A stretch of 64,000 nucleotides of DNA from the human T2T-CHM13v2.0 reference genome, Homo sapiens, in NCBI RefSeq assembly GCF_009914755.1, contig NC_060936.1; one strand, written 5' to 3'. Position 1 is the first letter of the stretch; each line of letters begins with the position of its first letter. Positions 40,791-55,776 of this stretch are shown piece after piece. The notes under the pieces were generated by a model. The model searched no databases, was not told the origin of the DNA, and was given only the letters and a program-made list of their open reading frames with translations. The position numbers and the translations under genes are program-made.

Positions 40791-41964
40791 CAATAAAAGT
40801 CACAAGATAAATGAATAACATCTTTAAGCTGCTGAGAAAAAAGAAAAGATAAATAACCGTCAATCTCAAATACAAGGAAGTATCAACTAGTATGCCGGAG
40901 TGAGTGGTTCGCTAAAAAGGGAAAAATAGCATATAATTGGCTCTTAAAATCTGCTTAGGTAAGTCTAGGGTCACACTGTCTAACAATAATAATATGGTCA
41001 TACATAATGCAATGTAGTTACTAAAGTGCAAGCTTACTATGACCCAGAAGGAGAAGACCTGGGAATATTGAAAGGTAGCATTAATGCCTATCAAAAGAGC
41101 TAAGGATAAGGAGAGTTTTAATTCTGCTTTAAAAGTCAAGGAATGCTTTAAATAGGAAGTAGTGATTGAGCTACTACTCACTTGATAATACAGATAGAAA
41201 AAGAAAGAAGTCAACCCCAGGATTATATCAGATATCTGCTCTACATTTAGTCTGGAATAGAGATAAACTGCTCAGAAAAATCTAGGTATTTTAATCTTAT
41301 TAAAGTATAAAGTGCCAATGGGAGAGGGCAAAAATTTGCTGGAGAAATAATCAAAAGTAAGGTCATTACCAATTTTGTATGCTACAGCTGGATTTTGTCC
41401 TATAGTCAATGGAATTCCATCAGTGAATGATGGGCTTAAGTAAGAAGATGGTGTAAAAAAACAGTGGTAACATTCTTGGCTGTATCATGGTTCAAGTATA
41501 TAATAAATATTTGTTCTGTGTAGACGATCAGGAGGTAAAAGTGAAGCAAGGGTGAGAAAAAATTGGCAATGAGTTTATATTTTAATGTATTGCATTTGAA
41601 TTCTTGATAAGAAATACAACTTGATATATTTTTCTTTTTTTTTTTGCCTTGTAACAAAATTATAAATTCACAGTTCAAGTTTAAAATGCAAACACATTAG
41701 CCCAAAGAAGTACATACATTTTTTCAGTGTCATATGTTTTGATTTTAAGAGATGGAAAAAATACATATTACCCTTGAATATTAATAGCTTATATTGCTAT
41801 CATGACTATAGCAATTTCTTTTTTAGCTCTTTAAATGTTAAGATATTACTAAGATATCTTCAAATTTTAAATATCTTAAAATTAATTTAAGATAATCATT
41901 GGAATCTGTGTTTATTTTATACATTATCCACTTACATAAGTGTGGAGTAAAAATACATGGCTAT

Positions 41965-42190
41965 TATGATATGGTATAAATGTAAAGAGTTTGAAGTCAG
42001 AGACACAGGGGTTCTAATTCCAGCTTCACCATTTGCTAAGTATATGACCTAAAACAGTGTACCAAACTATGACCCAATTTTTTTCCATGCAAAAAGCAGC
42101 ATATTAACATAGTATATTTTGAAGGTGCAATATATTAATAGATGAAAAAGCATAGTGGCACAATTTAGGTGATTGATAAATGCACATATT
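41965..42190 (+). mobile_element. MIR
   Basis: TTTGAAGTCAGA..GGGTTCTAATTCCAGCTTCACCATTTGCTAAGTATATGACC. Confidence 0.7.
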
Positions 42191-43780
42191 TTCCCTTCCT
42201 CAAATTCATTAATCAGCTTGAAAATTTAAGTAAGATTGTATACAATTTGGGAAAATGTGTCCTACATATCTTAGAATTTGAATTATTTTTTTTCTATATA
42301 ATCATTGAAATAATTATTCAATCATCAAAAATACATTTAATGATTAATCTAATGAGATCTCAAAGATGAACAAAATAAAACCTATGTTATTACAAGGAAT
42401 AAGCATAAACAACAAAATGGTAGATATTTTCTACCACAGGGCTTTGAGAAACATTCCAATTTATTCCCTGGAAAACATTCTAAGGGAAGAATCCATAAAA
42501 AGGCCATTATCTAACATATTGCACTTTCTGTTTATATTCCATATTTTTTAACACTGGAAGGTCATAATTTTTAGTTTAATTGCAATAATTCCATAGGAAA
42601 ACTTAATTGAAATATACCTCACTAGGGCTCTTATTACCATATCAAGCTTGTGCTCTACTTGATTTTTCTACATAAAAAGCAAATATTACAAAAAAGAAAT
42701 AGCTTCACTTTGCTCATAAATTTGTAATATTACATGAGTAAAAAGCAATTGAGCAGAAATATTCACTAAATTAATATGAGTCGATTAAAATGAGTAACAT
42801 GTTATGCAAAGAGCATAGCTTGTCTTATTATATAAAGAGAATGAAGGTAATATTTGTATGCAAGAGAATAATAATGAAAATTCATTCTCAGATTTCACTA
42901 TGTGCTTTAAGAGTGTACATATAAAAATGTAGCATGCATGAGGCACTAATTATTCCTTAAATATTCATTTGCATGAGTTTTAGTTGTTGGCACAATTGTA
43001 AAATTACCATTAATGCTTTTCTAAAGGTAATTTCAGATGTCAGCATTGGTCCAAGAAGATGCTTTGGGGTTAAAAAAACGCCATAGTATACAATCTACAC
43101 ATTATGTTTATAGAATTACAAAAAGAATCTGGAATAAATTATTCTTTGACATATCATTTCTCATGTTCAAAAAACATTATCTTATCTAGAGAAAATAATT
43201 ACATGACATCACTGCATACTTTTTGCCTTTAACACTTCTTTTAATCTCCACCAACAGGCATCTATTGATTGCGTTGAATACATTATTGCATTAGATGACC
43301 TTTAATGTTCTTTCTGACACTGATAGTAGGTGATTTGACAATCTTCACTGTGGGTGGCTTCCCAGAGAACGCTGTATACACCTCTCTGAGAGCAATTATT
43401 ATTAGCTTATTACATGTCTTTCTCCCTGAGGTAAATTGCAATACAATTCACTAAACATTGCCTCTTCAAGTTACACCACACTCGTGCAGAATTATAGCTC
43501 AGCCTTATAGAACTGAAGAGTACAAATGCAACTTGGTTTTGCTGAAAGTTGTGGAAGGGAGTGCTGTGTATAATCTGAAAGAGAAGTTTGAGAGTCAGCA
43601 CATGATTTGCTGTTTCCTTTACCCTTGCCAAATGATCAGACAGCCTGTTTTGTCAGCCTGGGTTTTGGAGTGCATTTGGAACAGAGTCTAGCTGCCTATA
43701 AATGGACATGTACTGTGAGATATATACCAGCTTTTTTTGTTTGTAAGTGACTAGGATTTGATAATCATCTGTTATGGCAG

Positions 43781-44119
43781 TATATTAGTCAGTTCTCACA
43801 CTGCTAATAAAGACATACCTTATATAAAAGAGACTTACTGAATTCACAGTTGCACATGGCTGGGGAGGCCTCACAATCATGGTGGAAGGTGAAGGAGGAG
43901 CAAAGGCATGTCTTACATGGTGGCAGGCAAGAGAGCCTGTGCAATTGACCTTTTTTAAACCAGATCTCATGAGACTTATTCACTATCATGAGAACAGCAT
44001 GGAAAAAAACAGACTCATGATTCAATTACCTCTCACTGGGTCCCTCCCACAACACGTGGAGATTATGGGAGCTACAATTCAAGATGAGATTTGTGTGGGG
44101 ACACAGACAAACTATATCA
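43781..44119 (-). mobile_element. THE1 (THE1C/B-like) solo LTR
   Basis: TATTAGTCAGTTCTCACACTGCT...AAACTATATCA; perfect 5-bp TSD GGCAG at 43776-43780 and 44120-44124. Confidence 0.93.
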
Positions 44120-44164
44120 GGCAGCAAAACTTATCATATTCTGACTGACACACCCTTTCTACAA

Positions 44165-44290
44165 ATGATGAGATATCTGAGAGAAGGCCCACATTATTTC
44201 TTCCATTATTACCTTATCCCCTTCAACCTAAGCATCCAAAAACTGGTATGTAGTGAGTGTTCAGTAAGTGATAATTGATTCCAATAATGC
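44165..44290 (+). mobile_element. L2 3' end fragment
   Basis: CTGGTATGTAGTGAGTGTTCAGTAAGTG. Confidence 0.5.
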
Positions 44291-45404
44291 AATGAATTTT
44301 TTGTCAGTCAGTATGCACAACAAGAAAGAGAATCAATCTTGCCTAATCCCCAAAGGCTTAAAATGTAGTTGAAGAGCTAGCACATCCAAAATACATTTTC
44401 TACTTGGCAAGTTGGTGTTGCTATTTACATTCAGACAAAACACAGGTCAGTCTATATTGAGCCGGTCAAGAAAAATTTCTTACTTGAGCTGAAACTGGAA
44501 ACAAAAGGGACAGAGATGATCTGGGAGGAAGAAGGACGACAGCATTCATGTAAGAAGAAACTCATAAGCAAGGATGCAGAAGCATAAATATTAGGAAAAA
44601 AGAGTGTATTGTTTCCATAATAAAACAAAAACCAGAAAAGAAATTGCATGTGGTAAAGAAAAATAACAGTAAAGCAAAAAAAGAAAAACCAATTAACTCC
44701 ATGTTGCTAATTTATTTGTGACTTTTCAGATTCATATGAGCTGTGCAATGATAACACGTGGATTCCCTGACAAGTTTTGCTTTTCAATAATTTTTCTGCA
44801 ATTATACAAACATGGGTTTTATTCTGACAATTTAAGCTTTGATATATTTTGATTTATTGACTATCAGAGATAAATATTGGAGACAAATCAGTAATGAGCA
44901 CAATATTTCAATTTTTAACAATTTAGTTAATTACCTGTGATTTTACTACCACATACTGCATCTACTCCATCTTGGTACCAACTAAAAAAATATTATGTAA
45001 GAATGACTTCTGTCACACTAGTTCTGTTTATACTTAACCATTCTGAACCCTATCACTGTGTTCTCAACTTGCACCTGACTGACCCATACCTGTGTTCCTC
45101 TAGCTCTGCCTTGGATCTTTGTTTTCAGGCTCTCAGATTTTATAATGTTATAAATCCCCTGTCACTAATCTTTAGTTCTCCTCTCACGTGTATGTGTGTG
45201 TGAGAGAGTGTATACATGTTGGAAAATTATACTACTTTCACTCGTTTCATTTTGTTGGTATATCTCACTCTGACGCATTTCTACAGTCTGGGTCACTACC
45301 TTTGCATGGCTTATGCAGAAGTAGGATCAGGACACTATAAGCATCAGGAAACTATAAGCATCACACCATGCATTCATGTTCATGTAGTTCTTAAATACAA
45401 TGTA

Positions 45405-45655
45405 AAATAGTATAGAGAAGTGACCTTGGGCTTGAATTCTGGAGTCAGCGCCCGCCTAGGCTTGATAACTACTTTGCTACTTGCTAACTATGCATCCTTG
45501 AATCCTTGTGCATCCAAGCTAGTTATCATCTTTATGTTTCTATTTCCTCTTCAGTAAGAAATGTTTAATAATATTACTAACCTCATAGGATTGTTGTGGG
45601 GCTAACTGAAAAATTTAGCATAAAGTGCCTATTAGAGGAGTCTGGCACTTCCATA
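45405..45655 (+). mobile_element. MIR
   Basis: TCTGGAGTCAG and AACCTCATAGGATTGTTGTG core. Confidence 0.72.
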
Positions 45656-47238
45656 TATTTACGATTCTTGATTAATTTGATCAAAGTTGCCAGTCTTGAT
45701 CATATTCTTATAAAACAAAGACAAGTTCATTTGTAGGTCTGAAATAATTCATCTCAGAAAAACAATTATAGAGGTTCCACTCCGAGCAATATATCCTCGT
45801 CAATGAATCATGCTACTATATTTAACTCTTAGCCTACCAGCTCTTGACAGAAAGTTTCTTGTTTTGGAAATTGGAACTTTATAAATCTAGGGAATCTTTC
45901 CAAAATCTTTGTCTTTTTAGGGGATCTCACATAAGAAAAATCCAAAATCCCCATGCAGAAGAAGGTATGAGAACAGTTCTAGAAAGTTTATTGTTTAGCT
46001 ATTTAGCTTTGCTTTCCAAAAATTTTCTTCTTTCACACATACACACTCATTCTGAAATTGTCCTTCATTGATCTCTTATTATGTGCTAATCTTCCAAATT
46101 ATAAAATAATACTCAGAATTATCACAATTACATGTGTTCCTGGTGGTTCACATGATTATAATAATCATTTCATCATGCCACTAAAATATTAATAATCCAA
46201 TGATTATAATCATCTTTCATTACTAATCACTTCATAGTCTACCACATAACACCACATAATGTAACACAGAAAATGACAAAGATTGCTCTGGATTTCTTTT
46301 CCTTCCAGAAGGTTATTTCAGTGGTTTAAAAGGAAAACATATGTATGCTAACTGCACTGAAGCTAACTGTTCAAGTTCTCCTAGGGAGTTAATTTTTTAT
46401 GTGACAATATGCCTATTATTAGTTCTTATATATTAGCCTTTAGTAAATAGTACTTATTCTGTCTGCATATCTTGACAATGATTTCTTCCCACATTTGCAG
46501 CCACCCACTGAGACAATCATTGCCACTATTCAAACACACAACAAACTAAGGTTTTATTACTTTAATTTTCCAAACAAATTATACTGTGCTAAATTACAAC
46601 ACATGGAAATAATTCTTAAAAGACAAAGAAAACAGCAGATTTTGCATTTTTATTAAATGAACTATCTGTAATTTCAAATTATGGCTTATATTGAGTATTG
46701 TCCAAACGTGCATACACATGTGTGACTCACTTTCAGCAAGCATCGAAGTTTTCTGAACCCTGATGAAATTAAATAAACTCTCTAAATTGTCCTCATCCTG
46801 GTGTTTTATACTCAATAAATTTGGACTCTAAGCAATAACTGATAATCACAAGGAATTTGCACTCTCCACTAGTGTACTTATGTTTGGCAATTTAAGCTTT
46901 ATATATACTTACATATATGTCAGTAAAATTTGTAACTCCAAACTATAGAACGCACCTTCTATGTTTATTTTAGCACTGCAAAATAGCCTTACAAACATGA
47001 AAAAAATCTGTCATAGAGAATATTTTGTTACTTGAATTGTCACAGAACAACATTAGGTTAAGAGCTTAAATGTACTCTAAAAGTTAACAGTGGGAGATTA
47101 TACTAATATCAAAGAGCTCAAAGCAGGAAATGTCCTTTAACAGTTTCTGCATTTCTCCATGATATTCACAAGAACAGCTATGGTCCAGGAAAAGATGGCA
47201 AAGTACGCTGTCAAATTTTAGTTTAAAGAAATTATAAA

Positions 47239-47542
<304 letters not shown>

Positions 47543-47977
47543 GATTTTGTCAAGCATTATCATTTCCAGTCCCACTAATTTTCACAGTGTTTTAAGAAAG
47601 AAGCTCAGCTTTGGAAACAAAACAGTGGGAGCTTTTTAGGATACCAATTCAAATGCCACCCAGCTGAGTAATGATCTGGTTGTCCTTACTAAAGTTATTA
47701 TTTCATGGTTGCTCAGTGAATAATGTCATTTAAAATGACCACATCTTTTAGTTCACTCCTATATGGACAAATGCCACCATTCAAACATCATCACCATGTT
47801 ACCAGTTATTTCTGAGAAGCTATTGAACACTTCAATGCTTTATTCATGTTTAATAAAAGATAGAAAGACAGAGGGAATGGTTCAATGCTGTTGTTTGCCC
47901 TGTGAAAGCAATTGATTACTGCTAATTTTCCTGCCCCGGTGGTGTCCATTCAGTGGCCAATTTCACAAAATTTAGAG

Positions 47978-48164
47978 CAGCTGGTCTCAATTTTTGCTGT
48001 GCATGGAACTACCTAGGGAGCTTTTAAAATTATATAATACTGAGCTTTAACCCAAAGCTACTGAATAAGAATCTCCAAGAGTTATTGTCATGAAGTTACA
48101 TTTAAACATACTCTCTAAATAATTTTATTGCAGCTGCACATGGACTGGCCTTTGGGATCCATTG
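47978..48164. mobile_element. MER5-type hAT-Charlie relic
   Basis: CAGCTGGTCTCAAT ... ACCTAGGGAGCTTTTAAAA ... TTTGGGATCCATTG termini. Confidence 0.6.
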
Positions 48165-48351
48165 ACTTAAAGGATTCATTTTGAAATCAGCCTCAAACTG
48201 TATCTTTGATGCTTTCTAGCTGAATAATCTTCAAGTCCCAATGTTTTTTGAACTTCTTTATCAATAAAATGGAGATAGTATCCTTTTTTAATTGTTGTAA
48301 GGACTACATGAGAAACACAAGAAATCTGTCTAAACAGTTTATAGCATAGAT

Positions 48352-48730
48352 TGTGGCAGAAATGGCTATGTGTTCACCAAAATTCATTTCCTTTTATTTA
48401 TAGGGATACAGATAGATTACATTTTCTAGCCCACCTTTTGGTTAGTTGCGTTCATGTGATTAAGTTCAAGCCAGTGGAATGCAACAGAAGGAATGTGAAC
48501 CACTTCTAGGTTGGGACCATAACGACCTCCACATGAAACTGTATGATCGTTTCCCAATCTGGCTGGTTGCAGGAGGTAGCCTACAGAGTCACCTCGAGAT
48601 TCAGATATTGAACATGGGAATTTCACAAGATGAAACAAACGATCGTGGGGAAAGCCAACCACCAATAACCTTCATTTGTGTTAAACATCTATAAATTGGA
48701 GTTTATTACAGCAGTTAGTACCCCATGTTT
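48352..48730 (+). mobile_element. MLT1I/J-type MaLR LTR
   Basis: TGTGGCAGA start; TACATTTTCTAGCC, CATGTGATTAAGTTC.AGCCAGTGGAATG, TATTACAGCAG. Confidence 0.72.
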
Positions 48731-49973
48731 TCTGTTGAATTCTTTTAATTTTCTTTTGAAATGACAGTAACATTTGAAAGACCGTTTGTCTTCATTTATC
48801 TGTCCATTACGATATGTCTGATTTATCAGTTGTGGAGATTGCCAGGAATTCCAATGCTCACAACAAACAATGAGCACCTTGCAGATTCCTGAGGCAATAA
48901 TAATGATCCAGTGTGTCAGGGATCTCCCCTTAAAGGAGATCACCAGTCACCAGGCACATGATCCCAGGGCATCTGCCTTTCAAAATTAAAAAAAGCAAGA
49001 CAAATTTACACATAGTGGAATATTATTAGGCAATGTATTGGAATTCAAGACACTACAAGACACTACAGGTACTCACCATACACTATGTCATTTATGTAAA
49101 AAACTATTTATGAGAAGTTGCTCCTGAGGCCACAGTGAAAATACTTCTCTCTTCATTGCTGTTTTGGATTTTATTTCTCTCCTCCTCTACCTACTATTAT
49201 AAGCAGCTCTTACTTTCATATCAACTCTAACATTCTGATATTACATGGGGCTGATCCAGGAGGATGACACTTTGGGAAGGACAGGAATGATGTGAAAGAG
49301 AAGGTACAGGGAAAAATAACATAAATATTAAAAAATAATTTTGAGGCCTCCTCTCTCATCTCTAAGGTCTCCGGGTAGCATGTTCAATGCCCTATACTGT
49401 TTTCCTCAGTTCACTCACATAGCTTCAACATTATCTTACCTCCTACTTTCCTTCAGGCTCAGGTCATTTGATGTAATTCCATAGAGAGACACAATCTCTG
49501 GTTTTCACCATTTTGTCAGGGGTAATTAAATATTAAGTTATTTTATACTCAAAGGCCCATTTTAGCAAACCTCTATGATTTGTTTTTTCCTATAGGATCT
49601 AAGTTGGAGGTCACAGGTATAGTTCATCTCACTTGCTAACTAATAAATCATTAGTGACTCTTTGGAGTGCTATGTTTAGAAAGGTTTAAGACCAATGTGT
49701 TGTCTCAGCAAGAAAGAGCCTCATCAATTAGCAGTGTCTTTTGCAGTTGCAGAAAGAGAAGCAATGCATTCATGCCAGAAGTTTGTCTACTGAGGTGTGA
49801 CACCAAAAATAATAAAAGGATATTAAGAATTATTACTACAAAAATAAAATACAAGTGAGCAATTATTTTTGTCTTTAGGAATGGTAAGGTGTAGGCACGC
49901 CTTCACAGAATTAAGAAAGAATCATGCTTCAGATATCCTTTTGAGATCCAAGCAAATTAAAAACCAAAGAAGT

Positions 49974-50242
49974 CACTTTGGGAGGCCAAGGCGGGCAGAT
50001 CACAAGGTCAGGAGATCGAGACCATCCTGGCTAACACGGTGAAACTCTGTCTCTACCAAAAATACAAAAAAAAAAAAAAAAAAAAAATTAGCTGGGTGTG
50101 GTGGCGGGCGCTTGTCGTCCCAGCTACTCCAGAGGCTGAGGCAAGAGAACGGCGTGAACCCGGGAGGCGGAGCTTGCAGTGATCCTGGGCTACAGAGGCT
50201 CTGTCTCAAAAAAAAAAAGAAAAAAAGAAGAAGAAGAAAAGA
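49974..50242 (+). mobile_element. 5'-truncated AluY with an internal right-arm deletion
   Basis: Starts at CACTTTGGGAGG; Y diagnostics present; perfect 15-bp TSD AAAAACCAAAGAAGT at 49959-49973 and 50243-50257. Confidence 0.94.
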
Positions 50243-52854
50243 AAAAACCAAAGAAGTACAAAGCAGTATTATGATTATGGTGATATATTTTAAATGCCTA
50301 AGTTGAACAATTAAAGGTCGATAAATGATATATTTCAATCTTTTCAATATTGTATTTCCATGACTATGTGCAAAAACTTATTTGACGATGAAAGTAGAAG
50401 TCAAAATTTGTGACCCTTTATTCATGGAGGCTTGGCCCAATTGGCTCCCTGAATTCCACCACAAAAATGGGCCATGTAATCAGTGTGATGTGTTTCCTCC
50501 AGTGGAAGAGAGAATGGGAAATACTTGTGAGAAGGAGGGATGAAAGAGTGAAAGTGGGACCATCAGGTCAATGCCTAAAGCAAGGGAGGTGACTGGAAAA
50601 TGAATTCAAGGTGGAGGCACATGGTATCTGGGATCCCTGAGCCCCCAAATTCCTTAGACCTTTCCTCCTGGTCTCCCTCCCCGGTGTTTAATATTCCTTG
50701 GGTTCTATTTGATCAAGGATTTAGCCACCTCAGCTGCTAACGTTCAAGTTACCTGCTGAATCCTTGACCGCAAATGCCATCAACCAGTACCAGCATTTTG
50801 TATCTGGAAATATCCTACTTCTTGTGCTTGACAGAGACAGAGGATGTGGCACAGAAGCCCCTGACCCATTGCTTCAGGAATGTCAACTCAAATGGTATTG
50901 TAGAGTGTTTTTCTGGTAGTCCTTCATACTTTGAACATAGTTCTAACCCTTGGACTCATGATTAATGTAATAGAATTTCTGGGCTGAATGGGTAATAGCC
51001 ACTGTATATAACATTGTGGTAAAATATCTGTCAATTTGCAAATAATTGACTTCCAAAAAAAAATTTGCGTTGCACCAATTTGTAGCTCATCTCTTTGCTT
51101 TCTTTTTTCAGTTATGTAATGGAATTGAATGAAGCAAGTGTCAGATCTACATCTCTACAAACACTCATTTTATCAGTTCAGAGAATAAAGAGATGAATTT
51201 AATAATGCCACTGGACACTTATACTCTATCGGATCCTAATAATTTCTCACACTAATGAATTCTTCTATCAACTTCATGTTAATCAAGAGGAGACAGAGCC
51301 AAGAAGTGAGTAATTGCTTACTGAATTGTGAAAGCTGGGATGATTTAACTACAGGTAAGTACCACAAAGAGAATGTTTATAACAACCTTTTGTGTTTCAT
51401 GTACTCAAATATCTTTTTGATGAAAGGGTGACAGCAAAAGGAGCTATTTTTGAGACATACTCTATAATTAGAGTGAGCTAAACATGTCATTTGACTTTAT
51501 TGTGATTTTTCTTATGATTTGGGAACTTAGAAAATAAAATGCTGTGTACAATATGAAATCATTTCTGTAAAATTTAAAGCACACACTTGTCCATGGTACT
51601 GACATATGTTGTAAGAGTGTAAAATCATGCACAAAAAATGCATGCTGTATCAGACTATGCCTATGTCTGGGGAGACAAAAGAATGACATGATGGGCAAGA
51701 CTTTTGCTGTCAGCTGTATTTACTTTTTTAAAGACGAGATGCAAATGTGGTAAAATACTAGCATATGTTAAACCTATTATATCTTTTATGTTTTATATAC
51801 TAAAATATTTTAATAGATATTTAAAATATATTTTTAAAAAATGTTTATAAGATTACAATGTCAGAAGAAAGTTTGCTTAACTGTTTTCATACTTTTAGGC
51901 AGTAATTATTACATGTGAACTCGATTACCCAGTTGTTTAGTTAAAAAAAAATGCTACTAGCCTTTTAGAGTTAATTGTGAGTTGTATAATCTAATTTTGA
52001 CACTGTCAAAGTTTTGACTCCACTTCATCTCCTTAATAAGGTGCCATTTGTTACCTAATATAAAATTCATACATTTTAAATATGAATTTTAACAATTTTC
52101 TTAGTATTTAAATTTAGAAATAAGTGATCTCACTGTGAAATATACATATTAGAGAACTTCATGTTACCTTATATTAAGTAAGATTAGAATTGACGGAGAT
52201 GAAAGTGAATTGTCATAATTGTATCACTGCCTCATTTAGACTTGCTCATATTTTATATTTTATAAAATTATTCTGATTATTTGGAAAGAAAACTGGTGAA
52301 TGCATGGAATGGATAGAGGAAAAATTTTTCTCTTTCTTTTTTTGAGAATAGATTTTAGTTAGCGTAGAAAATTTTCATACACTAAAGTATGAAGAAACAC
52401 ATTAAAATTTGGTACCTGAATTTCTGAGGACAAGGACTAAGATAGAAAATAAAATAAAATAATATTAGAATTTTCATTTATATTAATGATGATCACAGAG
52501 GGCCTCTAGCCTCCCAATTAGCCAACAACTCTCTAGGATTTTTTTTTTTAAGTTCAGAGTTAAACATAACACTGTATCTTGAAGTCTACTAAAATAGTGC
52601 TTTATTTTTTCACTTAAAATTTTAGGCTAGATGTTATAAAGCACATTCAAATGCAGTCCTTAAGCTTCCTACTGTTCACAGAACTTAAATGAAGGTTGTT
52701 TTTAGAATTCCACTTATTTACTACTTTGCTATAAGCAACTGATCAACATCAACACAGATTTAATAAGAACCTTAATTTCACATAAGACTGTATACGATGA
52801 AACAGAAGGAAAACAATTAGAGCAATTATCATTGCCTACATCATCCTGATTATC

Positions 52855-52975
52855 ATTATTATAATGATTGACATTTACACTCTTCACAGATTACAAAGTG
52901 CTTTCATCTTCAATGCTTCTCTGTACCTCACGATCACCTGGTAAATAGGTATAACACATATTATCTGTTCCCACT
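52855..52975 (-). mobile_element. MIR fragment
   Basis: TGACATTTA..CAGATTACAAAGTGCTTTCA. Confidence 0.55.
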
Positions 52976-53598
52976 CGAGCTGGAAAAGCTGGCAAATACA
53001 TCATTGTCTCTATGTTTCCTGGCATTGTAAGAGACAAATGAAAAAGAGGGATATATTATGGGAGGGAGGAAAGAAGTTAAGAAGATGTGCTACTGGCTGA
53101 ACAATGGGACTATGTCTATTTTAAGATGATTCTCCACAGGTTTCTAACATATACTTAATAATAGTTTCAATAAACATACATGGGAAAATATACACCTTGT
53201 ACTTATTATGAAAACACTTATATTTATATAATAGGGGAGGCAATGTTATGATAATAAATTTGCATGTATCCCTCACCAATCTTGTTCTATTTCCCCACAC
53301 ACACTCCACATAACACAAACTGGATAATTTTGAAGCAAATCTTAGATATCATATGATTTCATTCAGGAAAATGCAAATACACATTATAAAGGAAGCTAAC
53401 TCCATTTGAATTGAATGTGAATTTAAACAGAAGAAGTAATTATTTGATTCAATTACTCAAAATTAATATTTTTATTTGGAAATTATTCATTTTCAAACTC
53501 CTGGATGAATTTGGCCGACTCTTGCATGAGGAATACATTCTACCTGAAATGTGATAATCTCATAAAATATCATAAACTCTCCCTGAGGCTAACTATAA

Positions 53599-54062
<464 letters not shown>

Positions 54063-55735
54063 CTTGTATCTTTTTATTTGTCTAAAATCTAGCTTTGGGG
54101 GAAAAAGGGTTTAAATGTCCCTTTGATAACTGACTATGGATAAATTGATATAAACATGATAAAATAATATTAGAGTTTTCATTTATATTAATGATGATCA
54201 TTCACAGAGGGCATCTAGCCTCCCAATTAGCCAACAACACTCTGGGATTATTTTTTTAAAGTTCAGAGTTAAAATAAACATAACACTGTATCTTGAATAA
54301 TATTTGATAGATGACCACAGTAAACAGTCATTATACTGTTTTAATGAAAAGAACTACTGTTAGCCAAGACAGCTAGCTTTTAATACTGCCTGCCAGAACT
54401 AGCTTTGTGATCTTGGGCCAGTCAGGTAACTTTTTGGATCTTTTATTCTCGTTAATAAAATTGATTATGTTCTATATTACTTCTAAAATGAATAGATATC
54501 ATAGTATCCAGCTCTCAGTTGTGTTATTATATCTCAAAAATACTTTGTTTCTTACTTCCATTATATATATATACATATATATTCATTATTTTCAGACCAG
54601 GCTTCTTTCTTCAGCAGTAACTCTTATTTCATTCAAATAAGCTCTATTCCCTATGCAAGGTAGTTCTGCCAAATCTAGAAAAGGCACAACGATGAACTGA
54701 AAGTTGGCAGTAATTAGAGAGGCAAACAAATTTTCAGGAACATAACTTGAATGGCAAAAGGAAAACAATTTTATATCTATCAGGCCTGTAGAATTACATA
54801 ATCTTAGCTTCCTTAAAATGTAGGATGCAAATTGGCCCTTACTAACTTATTTACTAATAACAAATTGTAAGCATCTATGGCATTTTACTTATTTTTGAAG
54901 TTGATAAGTCAGCTTCTTTGTAGTAGACATTTTCTAATTATTCCTTGTTATTGGCCAAAAAAGTTGCCCTGAATGTATCAGGCCATCCCTTAAAACATCA
55001 GAAATGGTACTTTAGTTGTTGAGAAATACATATTTGATTATAACCATTGGTAATTGACACATACATACACACATATATATTTTATATGTATATATACACA
55101 CACTATATATACACACACATATAATAGTTAAACATTTAAAATACATTTTCTCACTGCTGTAATATAATGTGAAATATACATGTTAAAAATATAGAGAGAT
55201 TATTTTTTAGAATTGTTTCAGAGGTTGTTTTTAGAACATATACATATTTAAGAATCTGTTCAGTATACTACAAAGAAGGAGAAGCAAACTGCAGCATTGT
55301 CTGCAAGTTAATTTTAAGAAAGAAGCTCACAAAAACTGTTACACACTTTCCTTGTTAATATAAGCAGTAATGCTTCCTGAGGGTCCTTGAGCGTGTGTTT
55401 ATCAAATATTTATTTAACACATAACAAAACATAAAAAGAAATTTGAAAATGCTTTTATTGCCCTGTATAAGATTAGTTTTCACTCATATGAATTTTACTT
55501 GATCTAGCAATTAGTTCTTGCCAAAATCATTAGGCCTTGACATATTTTTCTGTATGGCTAAGAGTATTGCTACCAAATTTTGTTTCCTAAGAGTTAAGGA
55601 TAGAGAATTTAAAGATTAGTGAAGCCAGGATTGCTACAAATTCTTTATGCACCTATAACTAAAAACCTCAGAGATGAAATGTTTCTTCTTGGACTACCAA
55701 ACAGACAGATGCATACATATACTCATAGGCGCATG

Positions 55736-55769
<34 letters not shown>

Positions 55770-55776
55770 CACACAC
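55736..55776. repeat. (CA)n microsatellite
   Basis: About 20 CA units with one CG interruption. Confidence 0.95.
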
